A DNA stretch of 63,173 nt, counting the filler, from Octopus bimaculoides (taxonomy: Eukaryota): assembly GCF_001194135.2 (NCBI RefSeq). It is 3 parts of 3 records of this genome, joined end to end, with 100 filler letters (N's around TTAATTAATTAA, not from the genome) between each part and the next. Parts side by side here need not be neighbours in the genome. Positions count along the whole stretch, not along the records: positions 1 to 28,893 come from NC_068981.1; 2 more parts are not named here. One strand, given 5' to 3'. The first letter of the stretch is position 1. Each line of letters begins with the position of its first letter. Of the stretch, positions 13,121 to 26,646 are shown in pieces. The notes beneath the pieces were generated by a model, which made no database searches, was not told where the DNA came from, and saw only the letters and a program-made list of their open reading frames with translations. The position numbers and the translations under genes were made by a program.

Positions 13121-14346
13121 TCAGGTCATTAAGAATGAAACGCCTGATTTTTTTATGCACCAAGTTTGACAGTCGTTAACTCGACAAATCGTTGTTTTAC
13201 AAAATTGCATAGCTACATCATCACTTTTCGAAATGCAATTCACGGTGTCTGGTTATATTGTGAGCTTTCTCTTGAAATAGATCAAAAGTTGGATAGATAA
13301 AAAGTTTATGTTTTTTTTATGAATATGAGTTCCCTCGTGGAACCAAGGCATCCTAGACAGCTCGAAACGTCCATGAAGTGTTTGGTGAAGATGTGGAGAA
13401 TGAGTGCATTGTACGTCGATGGTTTGAGAAGTTCCGGTCTGTTGACATTACTCTGGAAAATCAGCCCCATGTTAGACCTGAGACCAATGTGGATAATGAT
13501 GAGCTGGAAACTGTAGTAGAAGCGGATACATCTCAAACTACGCGTTAGCTAGCAGCAAGGTTTGATGTTTCGATTCCAACTTTATTGGACCATCTGAAAT
13601 AAATTGGCAAGTTTAAAAAGCTAGACAAGTGGGTACTACACGAACTGAACTTTGTTGTTCTTTGCTTTCACGGCATAAAAGTGAAATATTATTGCATCGT
13701 ATTGTTACGTGTGATGTAAAATGGATTCTTTTCAACAATAGCAAGCGTTTTGCACGGTGGTTGCATAGAGACACAATCCAAAAATGAATATTCACCAATA
13801 AAAGCTAATGGTGTCTGTTTTGTGGCCCAGCGCTGATTTCACCCACTACAGATTCATTAGACCTGCAAAGTCAATTACAGCGGATGCATACATCAACCAA
13901 TTGGATAAAATGGTGAGTGAACCTCCAATTAAGCAACTGATATTGGCCAATAGACACAAGTCAATACTCTTGGAGACAATGCTAGACGACACGTTGCGCA
14001 AAGAACGCTACTCAAGATGCGGGTACTGAAATTGGAAGTACCCTGTAATCCACCATATTCAGCAGTTCTTGAACCAAATGACTATTTCGTTTTCCAGGCA
14101 TTAGACTATTTATTGTCGAGTAAAATATCATCAAATCTGAAGACGATGCAAAAGCAGCCTTTCGTTATTTCTTAACCTCTTGCTCTCCAAAATTATTCGC
14201 TGCTGGCATAAATAAGCTACCGTTAAAATGGCAAAATTGTGTTCATAATTTAGGAGCATATTTTGACTAACTGATTTGATTTTTGCTGAGATAAATTCAA
14301 GTAAATTTTGAGATCAAAATCAGACGTTTCATTCTTAATTACCTGG
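13121..14346 (+). mobile_element. mariner DNA transposon, near full length, with TIRs and TA TSD
   Basis: 31-bp TIRs at 13121-13151 and 14316-14346 (28/31 match); TA on both flanks; encloses a transposase pseudogene. Confidence 0.95.
13288..14270 (+). pseudogene. mariner (DD34D-type) transposase pseudogene
   Basis: YEF...TARNVHEVFGED...VRRWFEKFRS, KLDKWVLHELN (WVPHEL), RIVTCDVKWI, PYSAVLEPNDY (YSPDLAPSD), GINKLPLKWQNCVHNLGAYFD*; internal stops and frameshifts. Confidence 0.93.
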
Positions 14347-14711
14347 TAGGTATATTTGTGCGCGTGCGTGTGATTGTGTGTGTGTACGTGTTTGTGTTTG
14401 TGTTTGTGCTTGCGTGTGTAATACAGGACAAAGGCCATTTTGGACAGATTCAATTCAACTTAATTTGAAATCCTTTAGTACTTTTTCTGCATACATATCG
14501 GGGAATGATTACATTCTTTGCTCATTAGAGTGTTGGCTATCTTTTACATAAAGTGGTTGAGTATTCCACAAGCACGTGCAGTCCGCGAGTATTTCTGAAG
14601 TTCATTGACCTTTGGAATATAGCCATAATAATACCGGTGGTATTGGGCATTTTTTCATTTATTTCATTTCATTCATAATATTTACTGCAATTAATGGTTA
14701 TATTAAAATCA

Positions 14712-14792
14712 CTTGACCCAGTTTCAGCGAACTGGGGTCAAATTGACGCTATTTCCAGGGTGAAATGTTTAGCCACACGGCCAACCCTGTGT
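14712..14792 (-). mobile_element. SINE head, highly decayed
   Basis: Reverse complement CAGGGTTGGCCGTGTGGCT...CCCCAGTTCGCTGAAACTGGGTCAAGT resembles the family A head. Confidence 0.45.
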
Positions 14793-14970
14793 GACTGTCT
14801 TTATATTTATATGTGCTTACTCATTCTTGGTATTTGAAGTGAAAGAATGACTGATCGGTTATTCTACTTTAGAGATACCCTCGGATTCCAGAAATATCTA
14901 AATAGTGTTTTTCTTGAACAAGCAGACGAACAAGTGCATTGTTGGAGGAAATATTGATTGTTTTCCTTAC

Positions 14971-15056
14971 TATTGTAACGTTTGTGGTCTAACACTCATT
15001 GTATGAGCAAAAGTGTTTTCATCCGACAGATATTTTCTGCTTGCGTTCTTTACATT
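14971..15056 (-). other. candidate exon (86 nt)
   Basis: gcaattttacag| ... ATA|gtaagg; one open frame NVKNASRKYLSDENTFAHTMSVRPQTLQ; unrecognised. Confidence 0.2.
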
Positions 15057-16516
15057 CTGTAAAATTGCGTTTCGACAAATAGTGGTCGATAAAATTATAC
15101 CCTTCTGAATCACTTATTTGAGACATCAAATTTGAAGACTTGTCTCAAGCATGGTCGCATACTAAAGACTCTAATAGTAAAAGGACATAAGAACGACAAC
15201 AATTAATTGAACTTGACTCTTTCAGATCTAATTATTTTCATGATAGTCACAATTCAAATTCGAACGGTTAGTTGTCCCGTTCCATGCAAACTCAGTCAGC
15301 TTTCTGTATTCTTTTATTTTGATTTTGAGAGTAGTGACAAGAAATCGATATTTAAGAAAAAAGTTGTAACTAAAGCTTCTATAATATAGATAGCCAATGT
15401 TCTCTTGCAGTCCATTTATAGTAAATCACCATTTACGTGCTGAGATTTTTATAACCCCCGTTTTCGTTTTGTTATACGATCAGTTACACTGAAAACAAAA
15501 CTGCCATGCAGTGATAATTTTTACGCTTTAATCTTATCACAATCCTCGTGGCCCGCCAGTGCCTGAGTTGAATGTATTGAAGGTATTTTGCATATTTTCA
15601 GGTACTATTACATGATATATATCTAATCAATATTCTTGTATTTTTCTACTTGAGATTTATACGATATCACAACACGGCATTCCGCATAATACGTAAATTT
15701 AAATTTTGTCACTGTATATCTTCGTATTCTTGTTCGCAGTTGTCACTCAGTATATAGGTACACACTTGTTTAAATCTGACCATGTATTTGTATTTGTGTA
15801 CATATTTGATATTTAATAAATTCCGAATAAGCATTTTGACATTTTCGTTTAATATATTGTAGGTTTCAGAAAGATAATTTATTGTTATGACTTCAGTGTG
15901 TTCAGCATGAATAACAAAAGAAAAGAAATATTTCATAGAGAAGATGATTCACTCTCACAGGTATATATTTCCTGTTAGAATAATCGAATTTAGATTGGAT
16001 GGTAACAATACAGTCGTCGATTGCACAGTGCTACCACTATCTTGCTGTAATCGATTATACCATAAAATTGTAGCAATTGATAACTGGCATTGTTTAACAT
16101 ATACGAATTCTACATACCTTTTTTTTGTATTTGAGTCTGTGTTTGTGTGCGTATATTTCTTATATTAATATATTGTTTATTGAAAAAAAAAACACTGAAA
16201 TGTATTGCTATGAGATTTTGCAAGACTCTAGGAGTAGTTATGATAAAGAATATAAATCCATATTTATGGGTTGTTCCTGAAGTAGGAGTACATCAAGCGT
16301 ATTTGCTGTGTATGATCCAACAAATCTCATATCAATAAAGTACGCTAATGGCACGCAAATATCAGTTAATAGAGCAATACTTCATTCTACCACCCACGGA
16401 AATTTCAGTCAACCTGTTGTGCTTCAATACAGATTCAATTTTGACTATTTAAGTTTAATCTTAGATCTCTAGGATTCTGTCAAGTATACGGTGAAACAAA
16501 GCATATAAGGGCTCAC

Positions 16517-16575
16517 CTTCAACCACAAATATATATGATGGAAGAACCTTAGGAATACTGACGGTATTGCTACCA
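16517..16575 (-). other. candidate exon (59 nt)
   Basis: tattgtttttatag| ... AAG|gtgagc; two open frames (GSNTVSIPKVLPSYIFVVE or VAIPSVFLRFFHHIYLWLK). Confidence 0.25.
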
Positions 16576-17836
16576 CTATAAAAACAATAGCAATGTAAGC
16601 ATGAACATCAAAAGAATCATTCAACGACAAAAGTTGGGACTGCAGTAATAACTGCAAAAGTACACACTAACATCAACATAACAATGAATGCTTATCAGAG
16701 AGAGTAACAATAGCTCCAGCAAGTGCAGCAAAAAACAGCAACAAGAACAGCTTCACAAACATCTGCAACATAACCGTTCAACATCAACGTAACATCATCG
16801 AACATATACTTCTCCTATCGGATCACTCGGCTATAGCGTGGAACGTAGGGAATGAAGATGAACAACGGTAAAGTATATGAGAAATAAAGAAGACGATAAT
16901 GAAAATCGAAGTATCTTCTTTCAAAACATCTGAGGGATTTGAAGAGTATATTATACTCTAGTGTAAGATAATAGAACCAGCTTTCCCACCACCATTACCG
17001 CAGATAAAACAAACTCTTCAACTGCAACAGCATACTAAAACAGAAGGTAATGCATTCTCACAGCAACAAGACCAATGCACGCATAGCGAACAAAAGATAC
17101 GGTCATAGACATAAACAAAAAAAACACTTAATGAGCCATTTACGTCAAACCACAGCTATTACAGACAATCACTAATTCATACGCACAAATAACATGTCAG
17201 CATACAAAACCAATATTTAAAGAAAGAAGAGATGTATATAGCAACCTAAAAAGAATATCGCGTTGAAACGGGAGATATTTCAGATTCGATGAGCTTCTCC
17301 AACTATAGAAAAACTTAAAACTGAAAGGAATGAAGACAGAAACTTTTCTATTTGGTTAGGCTCACCCCAACTGTTTCATGTTTGACTTGGAAAGAGAAAT
17401 GAATGTGAAGATGGAAGTGCGATCATCCAGACATTTTCAAAGATCAAACAATGTCAGATGTGATATTTCTAACAAAAATTAATTTTGTATATTTCTTGAG
17501 GAACAGGAACATTTGTTTAATCAAACACGAGTTAAATATTCCACCATATAAGCACACCGTTATTGCAGAATGTCATCTGTATTTCCTGGAACTGAATTGA
17601 ACGTTGATAGATTTTTTTAAAGATTTTGAATCTAAACTATCTCTCTTCCTTGGGCACAATGCCGATCTTTGTGCTCTCTTAACATATTTGTTTGTTTGTC
17701 TGTATATTTATCTATGTATGTATCTATCAATCTCTTCGTATCTCACTATCTATGTATATATTTATACATACATACAGACATACATATATATTTTATCTAT
17801 TTTCTCTTTTACGTGCAAAGCTATTGCTGAAAAGAA

Positions 17837-18155
17837 TCACTGAAACCAGTCATTGTCGATACAGTGTGAGGCACTTGTATGACTCTTGAGTCTGGTGAGT
17901 GAACGATTTGCACACCTTGTTGCATAATGCACAGCTGTGTTGGCTAGCAAAAGCAACGGGTGCCATAGTATGAAGTCTTTTGACACGCCTTTTGAATCCT
18001 CCAGCTGAGAGGCACACATTTCCACAGGTTGCACACGTTCTATTGTGAACAATAGCTCTATTATAATTTGCTATGGCTCGATTCCTGTGAGTACTCTGAT
18101 AGCAGACCAAGCCTGCACGACTGAAGCACCTCTTCCCACAAATCACTCACACAAA
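17837..18155 (-). pseudogene. three degenerate C2H2 zinc fingers, probably the C-terminus of an RTE-type LINE ORF2
   Basis: (*)VICGKRCFSRAGLVCYQSTH, CATCGNVCLSAGGFKRRVKRLH, CALCNKVCKSF/TRLKSHTSASH; no TGEKP linkers; first Cys codon is TGA; a frameshift falls in finger 3. Confidence 0.65.
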
Positions 18156-18434
18156 CACACACACAAAAGCGACATACCCTCATTTTCCACGGGTTCATTC
18201 CTTCTCATCTTTCTCTTAATCATTTCATGAACATGCACCTGAATCTGAAAAACGTGTAGTCGTTTTTAAATGGATCTATTCATATATCAAACTAGTTACG
18301 ACAGTTTTTTCATATATNNNNNNNNNNNNNNNNNNNNNNNNNNNNNNNNNNNNNNNNNNNNNNNNNNNNNNNNNNNNNNNNNNNNNNNNNNNNNNNNNNN
18401 NNNNNNNNNNNNNNNNNNNNNNNNNNNNNNNNNN

Positions 18435-18500
18435 GATAGCTTTCTTCAAATAATACAAGACAAGCCACCCATACCTGGATACAACTCACTCAATAAGAAC
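18435..18500 (+). mobile_element. CR1-clade LINE extreme C-terminus, inverted relative to the adjoining fragment
   Basis: DSFLQIIQDKPPIPGYNSLNKN, typical of the LDKFL..IPD.P...GY end of CR1-type ORF2. Confidence 0.7.
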
Positions 18501-19091
<591 letters not shown>

Positions 19092-20909
19092 TGTGTATTT
19101 ATATACACATACGTATGCATGCACACAGATATACCTGACATACATATATTGCTTTTTGAGCTGTTTGACGTAGTGACCACGGAATATCTGATGATATATT
19201 GTAATATTACCTAATCATTGATATGTCTAAACCGTGTATTTTTTCAACATTCGTAAGGAAGCATTAAATGTAATACTAACAACTCCATGTTTCGACTACT
19301 TATTTGGGTTTCTAAGTAAAGGTTCATTTTAAAGAAAAATGTTTTTTTTCTTGGCGATGGCAAACAGTGATATTCACAGGAGTGTTGCCTGAGGTTATTG
19401 CTCAGATTTCTAAATTGTGTATCTGTTTGCGTATGTATGCGTGTGTGTTTGCATGTGTATGCGTGTGTATCTGTGTGAAGTTATATGCATGGCAACGTAT
19501 GAATAAATAGCTTTAAGTTATTTACTGAAATAATCTTATCTTGCGACTAGTGTTTCAATGAATTATATACATAGTAGCATGCTTTAAGCACATTCATTCG
19601 ACACAATTCAGCATTTGAATAAAGTAAGAAATATATAAGTGTATGTTTGCGTACGTGAGTGTGTGTGTGTGTATGTGTGTGTGCGTATGTGTTTGTGTGT
19701 GTGTGTGTGCGTATATGTCTGCGTTTGGCTATCTGTGTTTGATATGTGTTGGCTATTTGTACACGCTTTGTATGAGAGTGTAATGTCTTTGTCATATGAA
19801 TATAATTCAATTTGATTTTTCATTTTTCATGTACTCAATCAGAATGTGGATGTGATTTTGAATTTATTTTATTTGGAACATTGCAAAACAAGAATTAAGG
19901 AAGAGAACATCAGTATTTATCGCACAGGTTCCGTTATGGGTGCTGGGTTAGGATGTGAATTATGTTGCATAAATAAATTTTGTGTTGATTTCAATAGATT
20001 CTTGTAAATATATTTCGTATATATATATANNNNNNNNNNNNNNNNNNNNNNNNNNNNNNNNNNNNNNNNNNNNNNNNNNNNNNNNNNNNNNNNNNNNNNN
20101 NNNNNNNNNNNNNNNNNNNNNNNNNNNNNNNNNNNNNNNNNNNNNNNNNNNNNNNNNNNNNNNNNNNNNNNNNNNNNNNNNNNNNNNNNNNNNNNNNNNN
20201 NNNNNNNNNNNNNNNNNNNNNNNNNNNNNNNNNNNNNNNNNNNNNNNNNNNNNNNNNNNNNNNNNNNNNNNNNNNNNNNNNNNNNNNNNNNNNNNNNNNN
20301 NNNNNNNNNNNNNNNNNNNNNNNNNNNNNNNNNNNNNNNNNNNNNNNNNNNNNNNNNNNNNNNNNNNNNNNNNNNNNNNNNNNNNNNNNNNNNNNNNNNN
20401 NNNNNNNNNNNNNNNNNNNNNNNNNNNNNNNNNNNNNNNNNNNNNNNNNNNNNNNNNNNNNNNNNNNNNNNNNNNNNNNNNNNNNNNNNNNNNNNNNNNN
20501 NNNNNNNNNNNNNNNNNNNNNNNNNNNNNNNNNNNNNNNNNNNNNNNNNNNNNNNNNNNNNNNNNNNNNNNNNNNNNNNNNNNNNNNNNNNNNNNNNNNN
20601 NNNNNNNNNNNNNNNNNNNNNNNNNNNNNNNNNNNNNNNNNNNNNNNNNNNNNNNNNNNNNNNNNNNNNNNNNNNNNNNNNNNNNNNNNNNNNNNNNNNN
20701 NNNNNNNNNNNNNNNNNNNNNNNNNNNNNNNNNNNNNNNNNNNNNNNNNNNNNNNNNNNNNNNNNNNNNNNNNNNNNNNNNNNNNNNNNNNNNNNNNNNN
20801 NNNNNNNNNNNNNNNNNNNNNNNNNNNNNNNNNNNNNNNNNNNNNNNNNNNNNNNNNNNNNNNNNNNNNNNNNNNNNNNNNNNNNNNNNNNNNNNNNNTA
20901 TGTATATGT

Positions 20910-21110
20910 GTCTTTGTGTGTGCCCTACCACCGCTTTGCAAAGCGCGTTGGTGTGTTTAAGGTTCCTATAAATTGTGTGGTTCGACATATGGTTTGGATA
21001 GAATAAGGCTTGAAAAATAACGGCTGGTGTCCATTCGTTAAACTAAAATTCCTGAAGGCGGTGCCCCACCTTTGTCGCAGTCACATAACTAAAACAAGTA
21101 AAGACAGAAG
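20910..21110 (+). mobile_element. SINE family A, 3' half
   Basis: CCACCGCTTTG...GTTGGTGTGTTTA...GAATAAG...AAGGCGGTGCCCCA...GCAGTC...AAAACAAGTAAA. Confidence 0.75.
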
Positions 21111-21574
21111 ATGTGTGTTTGTGTGTATGTGTATGTGTGTGTATGTGTGTGTATGCCTGTATGAATGTATGTATGTATGTATGTTTGTCTGAACGTATAT
21201 ATGTCTAACATATATACCATACATGAATATACTAAGTAAAAAATGAGTAATGGATAATTCCTCAGTGGACATAGGCCAAAGGTAGGAATATGAAATAGCA
21301 TACAACATAAATCTTCGATGTATTAACATTATCTCCGCCGCTAGAGAACATTTTATAAATGCTGAGTGATAATTGAGACAAGCCCCTTCTGAGACATTCG
21401 CAGGAAACAAGAATTCTTGACAGTTAACATGGTACTATGGAAAAGTATATAGGCAGTCACGAGATTATACCAATCACATGGACCATGTGTTTACCTCAAA
21501 AGGTCATATCAGTCCCACTTTTGTCGCACACGCACCCACCCAAACGCACACACACACAAACATACACCACGCAC

Positions 21575-21611
<37 letters not shown>

Positions 21612-22192
21612 CCTTTTATTTACTAAAAAAATTATAGGTTTTTATTAACTTTACTAGTATGATTATACTGGGGAATGGGGCCTCTAAAGAATACTTTGCC
21701 CGTATACTTCACTGGTGGTAAAAGGTGATGGAAGCGGTAGTCGCTGCAGCTATAGTACAGATTGGTGGTGGGACCAACAGGATTGCTAGAAAACTAATAT
21801 CCAGAAGGACGTTTGCTGAGGTATGACGTGTCTAAGCCGCTTTGCTTTGAAATAGCCCTAACTATCCCATGCATCGTACAGTAGCGGTACAATAAAAGAG
21901 TGGATTATCTTTGAGTGATGAAGAACAGCATATCTTTGTTTAGTGGCATGTAACCCTAGATACTACAGTGAAGAATGGAACGATAAACCAATTCACTACT
22001 TTGCAGTACGCAACAACAATCCTGGATAGTCGCAATTCAATACTGGAAGATAACGACAAGAAGGGAACTTGTCTATCTGATGAGTATGGCTTCCTTACAC
22101 TGTAGGGTATCCCGTGTCAGCAAAAAGACTGTTAGCAACAGAAGAACCATCTGAGTGGTAACCTAGAATGTGAGGTCTTTATGTAAAGTTAT

Positions 22193-22869
22193 ATAACCTG
22201 TAACCCGCTGGGTCACTGGGGAAGTCTGAGTTTCCCAGCAACGGAGTTTTGATTCGTGGATATTTCTTTTTATCCGTGTTATTTCGCATGCTTTCAACGA
22301 ATGTGACATCGAAATCACGCGCAAACGGCTCCTTTCCCCGGAAAAAGAAAGATTCGGCTGCTATTTCTTGCATGCTCTTCTACCACGTAACAGGTATTTC
22401 GGGTCATTTATCGCAGATAGCTGTTACGTGGTGGGAGGGCGTGCTAGAAATAACAGCCAAATCTTTGGAAGTCAGATACTTTAAATGCACCCGAAAGAAA
22501 CCTATGGAAAAAAATCTATTCCACACCGAAGTTACGAAAGGGTCTTTTACGAAATATTTACCTTATTTTTAATGTCATTTTCACTTTAAAATATTTTGCC
22601 TATCATAATGTGTCTAATGGATAGGTTAGAGTTTCCTCCCTTTGAGCGTGATGCTATTTTTTGTAGAATTTTCCAATTATGGACAATTTGGTGTATTTTT
22701 ACCCCAAAACCTCGAATGTCTCAATAGCTACTGGTCCGATTTACGCGAAACTATTTTAATTCCGTTCGTATTCACATTTTAGTGTCACTTTATTTTCTCA
22801 TTATGCGCAAGTTTGCTGTGTACCATTGCAAGCAAACAAGATTGGACTTCACTTTTAATAGTATATAGA
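22193..22869 (-). mobile_element. probable non-autonomous Helitron-type element
   Basis: Minus strand starts A|TCTATATACTATTAAAAGTG (5' TC after A) and ends with a GC-rich imperfect hairpin CCCAGTG-acc-CAGCGGG a few bases before a degenerate CTRR end; internal 50-bp inverted repeat. Confidence 0.55.
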
Positions 22870-23984
22870 TTGGCACGATTATGTTTCATTATAATCATTT
22901 GTATACTTATATTGTTGTTTACATAAATTGAATGGTGTATGTCTATATTTGTTTAGTTAAAAAGTAAGTAACTATAGAATAAATATTTTACCATCATATA
23001 ATGCTATATATGTCTATACAGACTTAGACTTAGAATAAATATAACACGGATATTAATTGTAACATTATTAAACGTAAACTAATATATCACGATGTATAGA
23101 AATAGGTAGATCTAAACGAACAAACTCAATAAAGTAACAGCATAGCTATATTTTGTTTTGTTGGGAGTATACTCTAAAACTTTAAATGAATATAGACAGA
23201 GACAATTTTACACAAGATCGTAATTGGAAAATGATTGATAGAATTGCCTATAGAGTTGCACATTCACGAGAACAAATATGAAGATATGTTTGGAGAGACA
23301 TATGTTCCTATAATAAGATTCAAAGATTAAACAGGTGACCGACATAGGAACGAATGGAAAATTCACACACAAGTCATGGACATGCCTTTTTCTCTCAGTT
23401 ATCATCCATAGAATCATTACAATTTCACGCTTTAACGATAATATCGTTCCTTTTCGGTGGCGTGAACAGAGAAAACCTGCTGGGTATAGTGAACGAAACT
23501 CTGCCTACCTACAAGTCATTAGTATTTACGTACCATCTTCCAGGAATGCGTTAAATATGTAAATTGGTATATCCAATAACTAAACACAGCTGTATACAGT
23601 GGCTATTTATGCAATGTGTTGGAGGATGATTAAAGAGTTACATCGGTGCTGATAAAGGTGCAAAAGAAAAAAAAATCGGCGTATACTCCTGTTACATATT
23701 TTCAGCTTCGAACATTTTTTTTTTATATCTGTGTTCTCGTATGCGAAACGTCGTAGCAAAATTCAGATGTTGGCTATAACTTATATAAATATAAACGTAA
23801 TGTAAAAGCGCACTCATAACGCATTAGAACACGTTGTTTGATTATTTAAAAAAACGTGTTATAAACTTTATAGTAAATCATGGTTGCAAAACGAAATACC
23901 GCGTAACTAAAGCCATTAACTCATAGCGTAGAAAATCGGTTTCGAAATTTAGCAAAAATATAGCACTTTTGGCGTAAGAGACTT

Positions 23985-24151
23985 AGTAGATTACATCGAC
24001 TCCTGTCTTCAGCTGGTAATTATTTTATCGGCACCGAAAAGACGAAAAGGTTAATCGACCTCGGTGAAAAGGATCTGAGAATGTAAAGACGAAAGAAATG
24101 CCGATAAGCATTTTTCCTGGTGTGCTAACGATTCTGCTATCTCACCACCTT
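23985..24151 (-). mobile_element. SINE family B
   Basis: Reverse complement of AAGG.GG.GAG.TAGCAGAATCGTTAGCAC...GTCGATGTAATC; compare the copy at 49452. Confidence 0.8.
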
Positions 24152-24254
24152 ACACCGTAAGGTAAATAGTCATAGATATTTGCAAATATATCAATCTCGA
24201 TATATTGCAAAAGATTCGTGTAGCAAGCATATTACTGTCTGACTGTAAACATGG

Positions 24255-24370
24255 AAAGCCACATAATAAATGAACTGCTTCATATGACTAAATATCCTTC
24301 AAACAGTGATCCAACATGGCTGAAGTCTAATGACTGAATGACTGAAACTAGTAAACGATAAAAGATTAAA
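24255..24370 (+). mobile_element. SINE family A tail fragment
   Basis: GTGATCCAACATGGCTGAAGTCTAATGACTG...AAACTAGTAAACGATAAAAGAT. Confidence 0.55.
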
Positions 24371-26515
24371 ATTCAACAGATTGATCACGGAATAATATTA
24401 GAAGGTTAGCAATCTCGTTATGGCTGGGAACTAAGAAACTATTCGCATGATTTAAAAGTAGAATAAAACGTCGTTACAAACAAGGACAGTTAATCACATC
24501 ACCTTTTTCTGCAAATTTGATGAAAACCTATGCTTTGGAAGGTTTTTTACAGAAGTGCTTTCTATGCACTAAGCTGTACTAATTCGATTCCTCAAACAAG
24601 GAAAAACCTCTAAATATAATATCTATTTTGATGTTAAAACAGCAACATACATTTCGATGCTGAGAAATTTCATATACTCCGCTATAGGCTCGCAGCTATA
24701 AGGCAGACGGAATGCTCAGGGGCAAAATTGATGGTTATTCACTCTTTGTTCAGTCTGTGACAAGGAGATCAATGCCATTAATAATGCAGTCTTAACATAC
24801 GCATATTAATGAAATGACAAAACTGAGCAGACAGCTCAATAGATCGATTCCGTTATCATTTAGAATTACACAAAAGGAAATTCCGTTCGATCGAGTAAGG
24901 GGTAAATTTTAGTCATTTGTTGACAACTATCTCTAAATTGTTATCGCCACACACGTTTAAACTGATTGAAGGAAAAGAAGGAATTCATATAGCTTCAATG
25001 CAGCAGATAAGCTAATGAAATATTTGAGAATGGAAACAGGAAAGTATGGTGCCTGCACATACACGTACACACACACACGCACACACACACACACAAACAA
25101 ACAGACACACTCACATACGCACAAACAAACATACACACATATTCACAAATAAGAACACACGAAAACACAAACCTATGCATACAATCACACTAACACATTT
25201 ATGTATACATATATATTCGTTGGTTGATGCATACTAAAATGTGTGTGTTTGTTTGTGCTCGCGCGCGTTTGTATTATGTGTGCGTCTGCATGCCTACGTA
25301 TATGCATGCCTGCATGCAGGGATGTGTGAACATATGTCTTGCTTTGGGCTCTCAAATCCTTCCTAAATTTGTGGCTGCGACAATCATCTGTTGTCGAAAC
25401 AGAGGCCATCTTTTTTCATATCTGACCGCATTCGATTTCTACCAGAAAAAAAAAAAAAGGCCAGACAAACGGAAACACTTAAAGGGTGGGAAGAATTGAC
25501 ACAAGCACGAGGATTTTAAACTATTTATCGATTCTGGAATATGAGGTTATGTGGAATATGACAAAATTTTAACAGAGTACAATGTGTCAACAACTATCCT
25601 CCCCCGCTGAAAATAATGCTGCCCTTTTCCTTAAGGGCCGGTCTACCTTCGAGAAGTTTCGGTTTAAAATCTCAAAAATTATCTCCCTTCCTTATATGGA
25701 GCTAGTCACAACAACCATCTGGTAACTGTGACAAATACTCTTGAAGAGTAGATGATTTTGATAATCAATACTTTAGATTGAAAAATATTTTATGTACCTG
25801 TAATTGCTTATCTCTCTCATTCTCTCTTTCTGTCTGTCTGTCTGTCTCTCTCTCTCTCATTTATATGTGCATACACACACGCACACATACACACACACAC
25901 ACACACATTCACATAAACACACAAACACAGGCATACACAACCAAACACGGTTTCTACTTGTAAACTGGCTATGATGCTGGTGCTATCTACACTTTAAACA
26001 ACTAGCGACTTAATACCGTGCTACAGCCGTTTACGCTATAACAGCAAGCGATGCAACTGCTACTGCTGGTGACTTCTATATCTCGCAGCAGTTATGATAA
26101 TAATATATTTATCTCCTTTGAGCTATCGATATTTTGTTTGTTTTCTCTTTCACTCGTGCACTCTGTCACACTACACTTGGTGAGCTTTGTAGAATGTCTC
26201 TATAATCATATTATTATCAGCTGATTCGATTTTTCTGTTTGCTTTTTTTTTTTCTTACCGTTCCATTTACGTTTGACTGTGCTTACAGATTATTGGTTTT
26301 CTTCAGTAAATTAGGTAATTGCCCAAGGTATTATTATCATTATTTTCTTTTCTTTTAATTCCCAAATAAAGGAAATAACTGGCACAATCAATAAATTGTC
26401 GGACAAATTGCCTTGAGCTATTTGTTGCTGCATTTATTTCATGTTTGTAGTTCAAATCTAGCAGTGATCCACTCCACGCTGTCATTTATTCCTCTTGGGT
26501 CAATAAAATAAAATA

Positions 26516-26646
26516 TCAATCAAGTTTTGGTGTCGATGTAAATCGATAAACTCTTCCATCAAAATTGCTGCCTTGTTTCAAAAATTTCATGCATTTTTCT
26601 TCTCGTATAAGTGAAGTAATATAGGTGGAGCGTCCGTAAATAATAC
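26516..26646 (-). other. candidate terminal coding exon, unidentified
   Basis: ttattgtttacag| then an open frame (G)IIYGRSTYITSLIREEKCMKFLKQGSNFDGRVYRFTSTPKLD*; minus-strand AATAAA about 25 nt past the stop. Confidence 0.25.
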
